Source: Squalus acanthias
Lineage: Eukaryota
Assembly (NCBI GenBank): GCA_030390025.1
Contig: CM059431.1
Location: 144,958,001-145,022,000 of the forward strand
DNA: 64,000 nt
Direction of reading: 5' to 3'
Below the pieces are notes generated by a model, which searched no databases, was not told where the DNA came from, and was given only the letters and a program-made list of their open reading frames with translations. Shown piece after piece: positions 1 to 12,966 of the stretch (position 1 is the first letter of the stretch; each line of letters begins with the position of its first letter). The position numbers and the translations under genes were made by a program.

Positions 1-464
1 AAATTATGTTTATCTAAATGTTCCGTTACTGTCTCCTTAATAATCGACTCCAAAATTTTACCCACCACAGATGTTAGACTAACTGGTCTATAATTTCCAT
101 CTTTCTGCCTACTACCCTTTTTAAATAAGGGTGTCACATTAGCAGTTTTCCAATCTGCCGGGACCTTTGCTGATTCCAGGGAATTTTGGAAAATTATTAC
201 CAAAGCATCCACAATCCCTATTGCCACTTCCCTCAAGACCCTAGGATGTAAGCCATCAGGTCCAGGGGATTTATCCGCCTTGAGTCCCATTATTTTACTG
301 AGTACCAATTCCTTAGTGATTTTAATCGTATTTAGCTCCTCCCCCCCTAGAGCCCCCTGTTTGTCCAGTGTTGGGATATTCTTAGTGTCCTCTACCGTAA
401 AGACTGAAACAAAATATTTGTTCAGCATTTTTGCCATCTCCATGTTTCCCACCATAATTTCTCA
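1..464 (-). mobile_element. CR1 LINE ORF2 fragment (runs off the window edge)
   Basis: The reverse strand encodes the ADKSPGPDGLHPRVLREVA and NYRPVSLTSVVGKILESII motifs of CR1 ORF2. Confidence 0.8.
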
Positions 465-1439
465 CCGTTTGTAGATGTGGAACCTTGTCCGCTGCTTTAT
501 TAAAATCCGACTGGGTCATTCCAACTGCGTTTCCCCTGCCCTACAGGCCAGTGATGTGTTTCAGAAACTCCAGCAGGTTAGTTAAAAATGACACACCGTC
601 CCTTCAAACGAGATAATTCCCTTTTACTTTGCTCCTTTCCCAGGTGCCCAGCCACTGGATCTCTCCTGGCCTTATTTTGAACACTGGGATTATTTCAGCC
701 ACTGTCGAGTCCTCAGGAAGCTTCTCTAATTGAGGAAACTTGCAGCAGTGTCAGTAACCGGTCACTCCTGTCAGTCCCCATTCCTTTATCTCGCGGTTTC
801 TGGGTCTCTGGATTTCTGAATCCAGAGTTGTGTGGTTGAAAACTGTAACTACATTTAAAAAAAACCTTGATCGTTGCCTCTCATACAAACCTTCAATGAT
901 GCACTTGTGATCCACTCCGAATATTTATCAAGCGGCCTTTGCTGATCTTTACTTTCTACCTACTGGATTCGTTGGATAATTAAAAAGCTTTTTCTTAATC
1001 CTTGATATTGCTCCTGAATAATGAATTGGACCCACGGTGCCTCCTATTGTCTTTTAAGTGAATAAATACATTAAAATTCCACACTCACTGACACTTTCTT
1101 AATTACTTTCCGCTTGTCTACTCCAGCGCTGGGATCTCCCAGAACTGCGCCACGGCCGGCGTCTCACTCGCACAGCTGGCGTTTTGTCGGAAAATTCTGG
1201 AAGCGCTTCCTCAGCTTTCATTCCATTCACATTAAAGGGCGGAAGATCGCGGGCAACACAAGCGGTAGAGATTCAGAAAGCACATAAGGAGGCCATTCGG
1301 CATCTCATGCCTCTCCCGGCTCTTTGAAATAGGAATCAAATTAGTCCAAATCCCCTGCTATTTCCCCACTGCCCAGCAACCATTTCCTTTTCAAGTATAT
1401 ATCCAATTCCTTTTTGAGATTTACTATTTTTATAAAAAT

Positions 1440-1630
1440 GTGAGCAGTGGCTCTGCGGCAGCATTCTCGTCTCTGCATCAGATGGCAATGGGTTAATGTC
1501 CAGCTACAGAGACTTGAACACAAAATATATGCTGACACCTCAATGCAGTACTGAGTGTGTGCTGCACTGTCGGAGGTGCGGTCTTTTGGATGGAACGTCA
1601 AACCGAGGCACCGTCTGCCCTCTCAGGAGG
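1440..1630 (+). mobile_element. tRNA-derived SINE 5' part (Deu-SINE/SacSINE1-like)
   Basis: tRNA-like head followed by GCAGTACTGAG..GCTGCACTGTCGGAGGTG..AAACCGAGG core. The same insertion point is seen at ~20990 (-) and ~63930 (+). Confidence 0.6.
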
Positions 1631-2260
1631 ACCCGGAACTTGCGGTCTGTCAAGAATTCTCTTTGCAGATTCTCCGCATCCCCGGGAAAAGGTCCTCCGA
1701 GGGGCCGAGAGTTGCGCTATTCACCGAACCTCCGCCCGCTACATGCCCGTGAAATTCTTACGCCTGGTAAAAGCAGGCAAAATGCTTCCCGTACCTTCCG
1801 GAACTCCAGGTAAATTCGGAGGCATCTGCCATAATGCCATCTTTTACCAGCATAAGAGTTATAACATAAGAAAAAAAAATGTTCTCATTTATACTTTAAA
1901 AACCCTGTCTAATAAGGTTAGTTTATTTTTAACCCTGTTAAAACATCTAATATACATTTTTTAAATTACATTTTTGTTTAAAATCTTTAATTAAATGGGA
2001 TTTTAATTAATTTTAAACATGTATTTTTGTTATTTCATTTGTTTCTGTAATTTTTAAGTGGTCCCCATTCATACTTATGGGAATTCTGTACGTAAGCAAC
2101 TCCCATAAGTATGAATTGGCGATCCCTTCTTTTATTGGTTGAGCCGGCCCACGTGATTCCCGGGGCGCTTGTTAACCGCATGCCCCCCTGGGATATGTGG
2201 GCCTCTACCCGCGCGGACCGGAGAGGCCCAGGATCGCAAAACTTCTGCTCTGTGCAGAAC
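1630..2260. mobile_element. Non-autonomous element fragment with GC-rich ends and AT-rich core, related to the element at 40825-41591
   Basis: CpG-rich flanks around an AT-rich middle. AAGGTTAGTTTATTTTTAAC resembles the reverse complement of ~41235-41260. Absent from the paralogous flank near 20270-20530. Confidence 0.4.
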
Positions 2261-4409
2261 CATCCCAGCACCCGTCCATGTCCAACATTTTCAGGTCTTT
2301 CACTTGCTGTGGGCGAGGGCCCGCCCCAGACCTCACATCCGGGACACTCCAGTCATAACTTGATCTCTTTCTTGCTCAGTTTAGAAGATTATTTTTTTAT
2401 GTATAATCAACAATTTAAGAATCAGCAAAGCATATTTTAAATATGTTAACAAATTCCCCTTTCAAAGGATCCAACATTTCCTTTAACAACGTTATCGAAT
2501 CGCTGTTAATATCAATTCACCGATCAGTGTTTAAACGCTGAAAACAAAATAAGATTGATATTTTATTAATGCAAATTGGAGCTGTCTCCGTCAGTTGATT
2601 TGTTCGACTCTTCCCGCTCTCCTTTTCATCATGGCCCCGCTCGCACACTCTGCCAGATTCCAGTCCCACGGGTTCCCGCACTCTGCCAGTTCCCGCTTTC
2701 CCCTTTGTTCGAGAAAGCCCCTCGAATATCAAAGGGATAGAGTTTCAATTAAATCTCTTATTGTTGTCACAAGAAATGTTGGGATTACCTCATTTAGACT
2801 GTGTGGACAATTCTGGCAACCTAAGCAAAAAATGGAAATTTCTGCACTGTATAGTTCACACGGCTCAGTCCCAGAAATTCCAGGGATTCACAATTCCAGT
2901 TTTGAAGAAATTATAGAAAATCCTGTTTTCTATCTTTAGAAAAGAGGAAACCTCCAGCTGATCTAATGTCAGTTTTAATGTTATGAGGCGAATGCACAAA
3001 TTACTCAAATGTGAAATTAAGTGTTAGACGGGAAGCCGGGCGGAACATTTCAGCTCACTGGGTAACTGTATTCTGTATGTTATTTACTGAATTACCAGGA
3101 GGGTCATTCGGCACAAACGTTTTTATCTGCTTCTGAAATTGAGAACTATTTTATCGAAAGTTTATCACATGACAAATATAACCTTCTCTAAACAAACTGC
3201 AAAATCCATGTGCTGCATAACACAGGCAAAGGGAAACTGATGAACTTCAATCTGAGGAGTTTAACAATTAAGATATACAACGAAGAAAGCAAGAAAATTA
3301 TCTTGAACGAAGGGAAGATTATCAAAATGTACACCTTTAAGTGGAATACTCCTGCAATTACATATAATGCAGTTTAGGAGGCAATATTATGAACTCTATT
3401 ATTTAACGTTATTTTGTTAAGTTGTCGAATTATCCTAATCATCCTCACAGTTGTTAATGGGATAATCTGCGGTGCCTGTACCTACTTTAACAAATCAAAA
3501 GCTGGCAACCCAATTATATGCACTATATTAAAGTAAACACAGAGGAATTTTGTCGGGTTGTGTTGAAGGGGCCCTGCACAGCATCACATGCACGGAATCT
3601 CCAATGTTGTGAATCCAAGTATTTCCCCACGTCCTGGAGATCCCATTGTTGGAAAGCTGGATTTTATTATCTTGAAATATATATGCTGAGGAAGAAGATG
3701 ATTCCTTCATTCACTCCTTTAAATTCTTACTGAGGAATTGGATTAATAGGAGTAGGAGCGGGGTTATGCTGCATTGCAAGATTGAGAGTTAAACGGACTG
3801 AGGTGCTCTACTACGCTGCTGCATTCTGGGTGTTGTAGTCCACCCGTGACAGTGACTCAAACTGAACTGGTGCATTATGGGAGACCGGTACTGGGCTGAG
3901 CTTCATGATTCTGAAAATTGAGCAAAGTGTAAGGATCCGGCTCCAGCAAGAGATGCACGGTTGGGGTAAAACTACAGGAGGCATTTCGCACAGATAATTG
4001 CTGATAAACTCCAAATGTTTAATCCCAATTCCAATTTTAAATGATTTTTTATTAATTTATTACGTTTACTAATGCTTGGCTATAGTGCGTGATGCGCTTC
4101 AATTGAACCACTAGCAATAATAAAAAACATTGTTATAGTTTTCTGATTAATTCAAATTTCTCTTAAAGGAAATGACCCTTCTTTAACTGTTAGTACTAAT
4201 TTGTGAGAAAGGCCTCGCGGAGGGTTCACGTGAATTTGTGTCTTTTTCTGCAGTCTGAGCTCTTCACTCTGAGCCCACATCTCCCAAAGTTAGTTCAAGA
4301 TTCCATATCTGCTCCCAAGAATCGGTATCTCCGCTTTCCTACTGCAGCATTTGTTAAATTTACATCCTACACTGCGACTGACTGCGAACAATGACACGGA
4401 AGATCGTAC

Positions 4410-5700
4410 AATCATAGAATCCACGAATTATACAGTACAGAAGGACGCAATTTGGCCCATTGTGCCTGTTCTGACTCTTTGAAAGAAATAATCAATTAGT
4501 CGCACTCCTCTGCTACTTATTTTATTTTCATTTATTTTTCCTCATGTCCCCGCTGTTTTTTGTGCCAATTACCTTAAATCTGTGTCCTCTGGTTACAGAG
4601 CAGTCTGCCCCTAGAAACAATTTCGTCGAATATCCTTTATCTAAACCATTCCTAATTTGAATTCAGTTTGGTGCTCCACTGAATTATTTACCTAACATTT
4701 ATCTTAAGCTTCCTTTTTTCTGTTTTCAATTATGAATTCAATTTTGGCTTCAATTTTGCTAACAGGTCTATCATGCAGTACTTTCTCAAATGCGCTTTGA
4801 AAGTCCATATACACAGCATCAACTGCACTACCCTCATCAACCCTCTCAGTCCCTTCATCAAAGGACTCGATCAACTTAGTAAAACATGATTCCCCAATAA
4901 AAAATCAGTGCTGGCTTTCATTGATTAACCCACATTTTCCAAGAGCCAATTAAGTTTTTTGTCGGATTATTGTCTCTAAATGTTTCCGTACGTCGTTAGG
5001 CTGACTGGCCTGTAGTTGCCAGGTTTATCACTCTCCCCTTTTTTGAATGGGGTGTAATGTTTGCAATCGACAACTACTGTGGCTGCTCTCCCATATCTAA
5101 GGAGGATTGGAAGATTTTTGACCCCAGAGTCTCTGCAATTTCAACCATTACTTCCCCCAGTAACCTCGGACACAGCCCATTTGGGCCGGGTGACATTTCT
5201 ATTTTGAGCGCTTCCAATCTTTTAAGTACCTTCTCTTTATTTATGTTTTTCCTCTCCAATTTCTCTACTATCGCCTCCTTTACTGTGACATTGACAGCAT
5301 CCTTTTCTTTAGTGAAGAAACATGCAAAATATTCATTCAATATCAAAACTATGCCCCTGCCTGCACAAGAAAATCTCATTTTTGGTCTGTAATCGGTCCC
5401 ATCCTTGAGAGTTCCACACTCCCGGAGGATCCCAGCACCACCTGCCGCTTCGCACCCTGCCCATGGCCACCAACTTACTATCCTCCTGAACTCACTGTGG
5501 ATGCGGGTTGTCCATCTCCTGGAATATGTGGTCGAGCAAATTCTCAGCCCTGCAGTGACTCCAGCCGCTCCTCAAGCTCAGAAATTCCAAGCAGATGGAG
5601 GCACATCATGGACACGTGATTATCCTGGCCAGTTGAAGTGCCCTGGAGGTCCAACATGTCGCAGGAATATCCACTGTTGTTATCAATGTAAATTGCAGCA
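4410..5700 (-). mobile_element. Decayed, internally deleted CR1 LINE (3' tail, RT fragments, ORF1 remnant)
   Basis: 3' tail ATCATAGAAT..GAAGGACGCAATTTGGCCC; ORF 5074-5379 with LNEYFA..SPGPNGLCPRLL; ORF1-like remnant at 5405-5670. Confidence 0.65.
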
Positions 5701-5754
5701 TCTAAATTCCATAGCGACAGAAATCACGATGGAAGCTTAAATTGATTTCGAAAA

Positions 5755-5855
5755 TAAAATAACATTAAATTAAATTAAACGAAATACATTAAATTAAATT
5801 AAATTGAAATAAATGAAATTCAATTAAAATACATACATTACTTTTAAATTAAATC
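5755..5855. repeat. AT-rich (ATTAA)n simple repeat
   Basis: Degenerate ATTAA pentamer run. Confidence 0.7.
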
Positions 5856-7475
5856 TAGTGTGTTATATGGCACTTGAGTCATTACATGGTTGTTGCCAGG
5901 AACAGAATTACTGTCCGATTTGCCCTGTCCAGTGATATTTGTTCCAATTCTCGTGTTGTTTGCTTGTGGAGTTGTAGAGTGAACTCATATCGTGGGGCTG
6001 ACGGGCTTGGTGTTTGGTTTTACTCCCCTAATTTGGTGGTCCGGCTGAATTCCGGGACTGGGGAAAATGACATCTGGTCACTGAGAAAGACCAAGCATTC
6101 TGACACAGACCCAGATCGGCGGCAACATTCCCTGTTCTCAGACAATCAGACTGTGACCTCACTTCCTGCGGCCCATCGTGCAGAGCGCCATAGTCTGCAG
6201 TACAGGGTTCCGACTGACGAGGGCGCGTTTCAAAGGTAAATCTGATTCGTCACAATTCTGACACTAACAGCCAATGGGTGCAGCGCTCAGCCGATTCTGT
6301 GACGTGCCACCAATTATGTTCAGTTGCTTCTGCATCTTTCACTCCTTGCAGTTTGTTTGTTCAGCAGTTTTACTTTACTTTCGTAGTTTAAGGATAACAA
6401 ATACATCACTAATATTTATGCTTACTTTTGTTTGCGATGATTAGACTTGTGGACATGAGCTCTGGGCATTGATTTAATTCCCTTTAATATAACGCAAAAT
6501 ATATTAAATTCCAGCTGAGATAAAGGTCCCATTACATTCTTCTAGCATTGAGTGGAACAAGAGGAATATCCCGATAGTAAGGGCGTCCGTCAGACTCAGG
6601 AGGGAACCGTGTAATCGTTCACTAACAGTCAACAACCACATAATTCTCTGCACTGTTATACAAGCACACCCAACGCGAGCATCGTGTTCCGACTTGTAGA
6701 TACACAATGGAGAAATTCGCGTGAGTTACAGGCCAAAAATTCCAGTCTTTCTTTCGTCACGATTATGCAATGCATTTGTATTGAACATTTAAATCTGTTA
6801 CTGCCTCTAGGAATTTATGAGAGACTGGTTTTCATCTACAAGAACTAAAAGCTGACCCACAATCCAAGTACTGCCACTGCCCAACTGACTCTGATAGTAC
6901 AGAGTCTTGAAACAATAGGCGGCTGCTTCATTAGTGTCGGTATTTTATCAATTAGTATTCGGAAATCAGGAAACAGGTCAATAATTCGGCGATTTGACTA
7001 AAATTTCCTCCATTTTAGTGAATTCTCCCTATTGAGAGTTGCATATTTTACACCCGCTCCAATTTCGTTTTCATTATAGTCACTGATAAGAGAAATTCGG
7101 CGGGGTGTATGACTGGCGGACTGTCCGCTCCAGCCAGATTTCCGCCCAGGCTGAAATGGAAAACGATCGGCGTTTCAGAATATTCAGATTCCACTGAACC
7201 CAAACGGACATAAATCCAACTTTTCAACTTATGTGTAAAACAGCTTAAATTGGGCACACTGAATTGCTCCTTACAACTAGTTCTGGAGATTTGGCTGGAA
7301 ATAATGAACTTGAGGTGAAATTGTCCACGTGCGGGTCGGGTAAACAGGCGGCGTGACTTAGATCACCTGTTACACACTCGGCCAGATATTCTGTTCCATT
7401 GAGCGCAATATTAGGCGGTACCTATAACAGGCGGCGATATGGTTTTCCACTACTGCCCAGACGAATTTCCAGCCA

Positions 7476-7905
7476 TTCGCATTTATATAGCGCCTTTCAA
7501 CCAAGTGTTTTTGACTTGAAGTCAATTTTGTAAAATTAGGCAATGCAAAAGTCAGTTTGTGCACAGCAAGGTCCCACACGTTGCAATGAGGTAAATGACA
7601 AGATAGAGTGAAATTGGGCATGGGCGGGTATCGGGAAATGGGTGCTCTCGCAGCGGTCGCCTGTTACACGCTTCGCCTGATATTCAGTTCCACTGACTTC
7701 AATAGAAGCGAATATTGGATGTGTGGTATGGCGGCCGATAAATGAGATTCTGCCTGTTTCGCATTCCCGCTCATGTCCAATGTCACCCCAATAATCCGTT
7801 GTAAACTCCCAATCTGCATGTATTTCTGCTCATTGATTAATAAATATTGACCAGGACACCCGGACAAATACTGAAACAGTCCTCTGACTTTCTTACACAT
7901 CCTGC
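7476..7905 (-). mobile_element. Deu-SINE-like 3' fragments, interrupted by an insertion at ~7607-7810
   Basis: CATTTATATAGCGCCTTTCA..TTTGTGCACAGCAAGGTCCCAC and ATAAATATTGACCAGGACAC match the SINE at 20535-20990. Confidence 0.55.
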
Positions 7906-7949
7906 AGTGTGAACAGTGGATTTAACCAGTTGAAGGGACAGCCTCTCCA

Positions 7950-10370
7950 CAACATCTAGCAATAATACTGCGGAGAATGAAATCCTGGAATGTGTACGAG
8001 ACGGTTTTTTAGACCAATACATTGAGGAGCCAACTAGGGAACAGGCTATCCTAGGTTGAGTATTTTGTAATGAGAAGGGGTTAATTAATAATCCTGTTGT
8101 GGGGGTTCTTTATGGAAAAGTGATCAAACATGATAAAATTCTTCATTAAGATGGAAAGTGAAATAGTCCAATCCGAAACTAGGGTCCTAAATCTAAACAA
8201 AGGAAACTACGAAGGTATGAGGATGAGTTGGCTATGATAGATTGGGGAGCTTCATTATAAGGCATGACGGTGGATAGGCAATGGCTAACATTTAAAGAAC
8301 GAATGCATGAATTGCAACAGTTATACATTTCTTTCTGGTGCAAAAAATGTAAAGGAAAAACGGTCCAACCATGGCTAACAAAAGAAATTTAGATCCAAAG
8401 ATGTGTCATATAAAGTTGCTAGAAAAAGAAGCAAGCCTGAGGATTGGGAACATTTTCGAATTCAGCAAAAAATCACCCAGAGATTGATTAAGAGGAGGAA
8501 AAGATTAAACTTGCAAGGGACATAAAAGCGGACTGTAAAAGCTCTACAAATATGTAAAAAGAAAAGGATTAGTGAAACGAAATGTAGGTGGCTTACAGTT
8601 AGAAACGGGAGAAATTATAAAGGGGAACAAGGAAATGGCTGAGAAATTAAACAAATATTTTGGTTCTGTCTTCTCAGAAGAGGACACAAATAACTTTCCA
8701 GAAATGCTAGGGAAACAAATGGTCAAGCGAGAAGGAGGAATTAAAGACAATTAGTATTTGTAAAACAATAGTGCTGGAGAAATTAATGGGACTGAAAGCC
8801 GATAAATCACCAGGGCCTGATAATCTGCATCCCAGAGTACAAAAAGATGTAGACATGGAAATAGTGGATGCATTGGTTGTTATCTTCCAAAATAATATAG
8901 ATTATGGAACAGTTCCTGTAGATTGGAGGGTGGCAAATGCAACTCCACTTGTTAAAAAGGAAGGGAGAGAAAACACAGGGAACCACAGCCTAACATCAGC
9001 AGTAGGGAAAATACTCGAGTCTATTATAAAGGATGTCATAACAGGACACTTAGAAAATATCAACGGGATTAGACAAAGTCAACATGAATTATGAAAGGGA
9101 AATCCTGTTTGTCAAACCTACTGGAGTTTTTTGAGGATGTAACTGTTAGAATAGATAAGGGAGAACCAGTGGTGCGTTGTATTTGGTATTTCAGACGGCC
9201 TTTGATGAAGTCCCAAATAAGAGGCTAGGGTGCAAAATTAAAGCACATGGGATTGGGGGTAATATACTGGCATGGATTGAAAATTGGTTAACAGACGTGA
9301 AACAAAGAGTAGGAATAAATGGGTATATTTCGGGGTGGCAGGTGGAGACGAGTGAGGTACCGCAGTGATCAGTGCTTGTTCCCCAGCTATTCACAATATA
9401 TATCAATGATTTGGATCAGCGAACCAAATGTAATATTTCCAAGTTTGCTGACGACACGAAATTGGTGAGATTGTGAGTTGTGAGGAGGATTCAAAGAGGC
9501 TTCAAGTCGATTTAGACAAGTTGAGTGAGTGGGCAAATAAACGGCAGATGCAGTATAACGTGCATAAATGTGAAGTTATCCACTTCGGTAGGAAAAGCAG
9601 AAAGGTAGAGTATTATTAAAATGCTGATAGATTGGGAAATGTTGATATACAAAGGGACCGGGGTGTCCTTGTACACCAGTCACTGGAAGCAAACATTCAG
9701 TTGCAGCAAGCAGTTAGGAAGGCAAATGGTATGTTGGCCTTCATTGCAAGAGGATTTGAGTACAGGGGCTAGCATGTCTTGCTACAGTTCTACACGGCCT
9801 TGCTGAGACCACACCTGGAGTACTGTGTGCAGTTTTGGTCTCCTTACCTAAGAAAGGATATACTTGCCATAGAGGGAGTGCAGCGAAGGTTCACCAGACT
9901 GATTCCTGGGATGAACTGTCGTATCAGGAGAGATTGCGTCGACTGGGCCTGCATTCACTAGAGTTTAGAAGAATGAGAGGTGATCTCATTGAAACGTATA
10001 AAATCCTGACAGGGCTAGACAGACTGGATGCAGGGAGGATGTTTCCCCTGGCTGGGGGGTTTAGAACGAGGGGTCACATTCTCAGGATACGGGGTAGGAC
10101 ATTTAGGACTGAGATGAGGCGAAATAGCTTCAATCAGAGGGTGGTGAACCTGTGGAATTCTCTACCACAGAAGGAGGCCAAGTCACTGAATTTATTTAAG
10201 AAGGAGATAGATAGATTTCTAGACACAAAAGGCATCAAGGGGTATGGGGAGAGAGCGGGAATATGGTATTAAGATAGATGGGCAGCCATGATCATATTGA
10301 ATGGCGGAGCAGACTCGAAGTGCCGAATAGCCTACTCCTGCTACTAGTTTTCTATGTTTCTATGTTTCTA
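7950..10370 (+). mobile_element. 5'-truncated CR1 LINE (ORF2, end of endonuclease through RT) with (TTTCTATG)n tail
   Basis: ORF fragments DKSPGPDNLHPRV, AFDEVPNKRL, KFADDT (~9440) and LYTALLRPHLEYCVQFWSPY; 8-bp tail repeats at 10348-10370; many frameshifts and stops. Confidence 0.92.
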
Positions 10371-11422
10371 TCTTCCATTCTGCAACCCATATCCTGCAGG
10401 ATAAATTGGTAAACAGCTTCTACCGAGGCACAGAAACTAGCGGGCGAACGAAATTCGATTAATTGGTTCAAATCCTCATTTGAAGCCATTGCACCGATCA
10501 ACACTCTCAAAATCAGGTCCCCAGTGGTGCCGGACGGAGCTCCGATTACACCGTCTTGCACTGGAGATACCCGGCCAACAACAGTTGGTAAAAGGGGATG
10601 GGGTATTACACGGCACTGTCTTTGCACCAACACACACAGCGGATTATTCGATATAAATATCTGAGAGTCCTGATTACTGATCCATGACTGAAAGGCCCCG
10701 ATTATAAATTCTTATTTCTTGCACTGTTTTACCCGGTTACAGGGTCGCTGATTCACATTAATAGCAGTCAGATTCCCCACGATATATTTAGTAACAGCAA
10801 GTAACAACTTTATTTAATGTTGCTGGGCGGCCTTCAACTATTTCTCATTACTTGAGACATCAGGAAAACAACAGGTAAAACGAGGCAACGCCAGTTAACA
10901 TTCAAAAAAATGGTAAAACATCGCAACACTGAGAAGGGGACAGCGGCACCGCTGCTTAATCCCAGGAGAAGGGGTGAAGCGGCCCTTGCAGCAGCAATCA
11001 GTCCAAGCAACATTTTCAGCAATCCTGCTAGAAAAGGTAAGAGACCGGAAGTTGTAAACGACGAAATCTTTCCCTAAAACAAGTGACTGATCCGGTCAAT
11101 ATATGATAGAATTGATTACAGTCCTCACAGGATCAGATATTAAACTCATTGATCAACTGTTATATACCACTGTTAAATTTCACTTCATCGCTGACATTTT
11201 TCATACTTAAGGGGGAATGACCTTGTTTGGGATGAGTCACTCGGCCAAAGAACTGCGGAAAACCACAGTCCTTACTGGCGTTAAATGCTAAAAAGACACC
11301 AAATATAATCGCGTACCTGTGAAATTTTACAAGAACGATCCTTATGTAGCGGTTAGCAGAGAGAACCTTAGTCTAAGCTGGAACACGAGCTAGAACGGAA
11401 TTCTAATATCCCAACCGAAGCT

Positions 11423-12834
11423 CTAGCTCGGCTTTCTTTCATGTTTAACCAATCTTAGAATCAGTGTCCAGGGAGATTTCAGCACCTTCTTCAGCTCTTC
11501 TCTGAATTTCCTCTGGGTAGCTACATACAGACACGTGTTCGGACAGGAACTCAAAAGCCTCAGCATGGCTCCGGTTTCAGTGGCGATATAGGCTGGGTTC
11601 GTGAGGTCGCCGCGGTAATAATTGGGGTTTGTCAGTCTGGTAATTACAAAACTCACAGCAGCTGTCAGCCATAGCAATATAAAACTGCCCGAGATAGCAA
11701 AGAGCAAAATTATGGATTTCCTGCGGCTCTCCATCTCGGGATCACACTGATTCTCACTGCACAGACACCGGAGTCCCCTGCGGGCTCTGCTGGCCATTAA
11801 AATACGTCTGATTGTCAAACAATTAAACAAGGCCATTAAGGTAAAGGGAAGCCAAACGAGCCATATTATGTGAAACCAGAGATACGCTACCCCTGGAGGT
11901 GCGGAAAAAAAAGCTACACTTGACCGGCAGCCCCACTGCACCTTGATAATTATTTGCTGAGATTCATATGCAAACAATACGGGGATGCCCTTTAAAAAGA
12001 CCAGGAACGTGAACGCTGTTATAACCGCGGCCGCAGTTCTCTCGGTGCAATACTTTACTTTAAACTTCTGGCAGCAGATAACTACAAATCGGTCAAATGT
12101 GAAGCAGACGGTGAACCAAACAGACAAATCGAAGGTGACAGCATTCATGTATAGATTGAACTTACACACCGGAGTGTGGGACAGGAATGAAAGTGGAAAG
12201 TGATAACTGAAAATATAATACGCCATTACATTGAAGATCATGACCAGTAGATCTGCTGTTGCCATGGCCACCATGTAGATAGAGATACACTTGGAAAGGC
12301 CGCAGTTTCCTCGGGAGAGAATCACGATTGTCACCAAGTTCGCTGTAAGAAACAGAGAGGAGAGAAATAATGTTCCAGTGTCTGATTGAAATATATATGG
12401 AGATCCTTGTTGAGGGCATTTTGCTCCATTCAGTGTGATTATCAACACGGAGCAGTGTGAGAACAGGATTAGTATTGGAGCCATTACTTGGGAAACCCAC
12501 CCACACATTGTAATGAGCTGCTGCGGCGCTCACTCTGCACGGGGTGACAAGACGGTTCGGAAATCCGCTAAAATCCTTGTGTTGGAGCTACAAAGAAGAT
12601 TGTAACATCAGCGATGTTATCATATCAAGGGCAACTGGGAAAGTGCAGACACGCGGTTCACAATGTCATGCTGACACCTGTAAAACTGTTACCTTATCCA
12701 ACATGCGACATGAACAGTGAGTCAGTTAACACCGATTTACAACAAACAGGTTACAATGGCTCACCCGGGACACCGAAAGCTGCGAGTATCGGGTAGTAAA
12801 TCTCTTTTATCAGCAGAAAAGCTGGTCGCCCCAT
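11423..12834 (-). CDS. GPCR copy A: GPR139/GPR142-like class A 7TM receptor, intact, 329 aa; join(exon1 12765-12834, exon2 11423-12342)
   Basis: Exon 1 reads MGRPAFLLIKEIYYPILAAFGVP plus G, then a GTGAG donor. The acceptor is TCTTACAG|CG AAC (phase 1, 422-bp intron) and gives GVP-ANLVTIVILS. Motifs: MATADLL (TM2), TM3 Cys, TFDRF, ECL2 Cys (WGC), SFILLW (TM6), NTCLY (NPxxY variant), KFREEL helix 8. The TM1 segment resembles GPR139 ([21 protein letters not shown], from memory). Confidence 0.9.
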
Positions 12835-12966
12835 TTCCAGTGAGATTGGATGAATTCTGTAGGAGATGAAAGACTCTGACTGGCGCACGGCTGAGTCAAT
12901 AGAGGGGAAGCTATATTTATCCACACATCAATCCGCCAGGGAGTTAATCAAATTAACTCATAATTG

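Larger units (their letters stand above)
465..3420 (+). repeat. Segmental-duplication copy of the GPCR 3' flank: inverted relative to ~19025-21960; its first ~1 kb also matches 61119-61882 plus 63713-64000 directly
   Basis: Collinear matches read by eye, including an ancient CR1 remnant, a shared CR1-tail/SINE junction and a non-repeat-like segment at 2260-3420. Confidence 0.8.

Noticed and set aside
5874..6310. 121-aa ORF and possible first exon (CACTTCCTG, AAG|GTAAAT donor, CCAAT)
   Set aside because: No recognisable protein, a non-ATG start and no downstream exon found. It may be the 5' region of the adjacent CR1.
10809..10814. AATAAA on the minus strand as the poly(A) signal of gene A
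   Set aside because: Plausible at ~600 bp past the stop, but the hexamer is common in AT-rich DNA and nothing else supports it.
11423..12508. Single-exon 361-aa (and 356-aa, 311-aa) receptor ORFs as given by the ORF track
   Set aside because: Their N-termini are intron sequence. A conserved upstream exon with canonical splice sites supplies the first half of TM1 in all four copies.
11985..12533. Antisense and alternate-frame ORFs recurring in each receptor copy
   Set aside because: They are shadows of the conserved receptor coding sequence, with variable starts and stops.
11423..12834. Assigning the symbol GPR139
   Set aside because: The similarity is family-level and there are multiple paralogues; orthology cannot be shown without a phylogeny.
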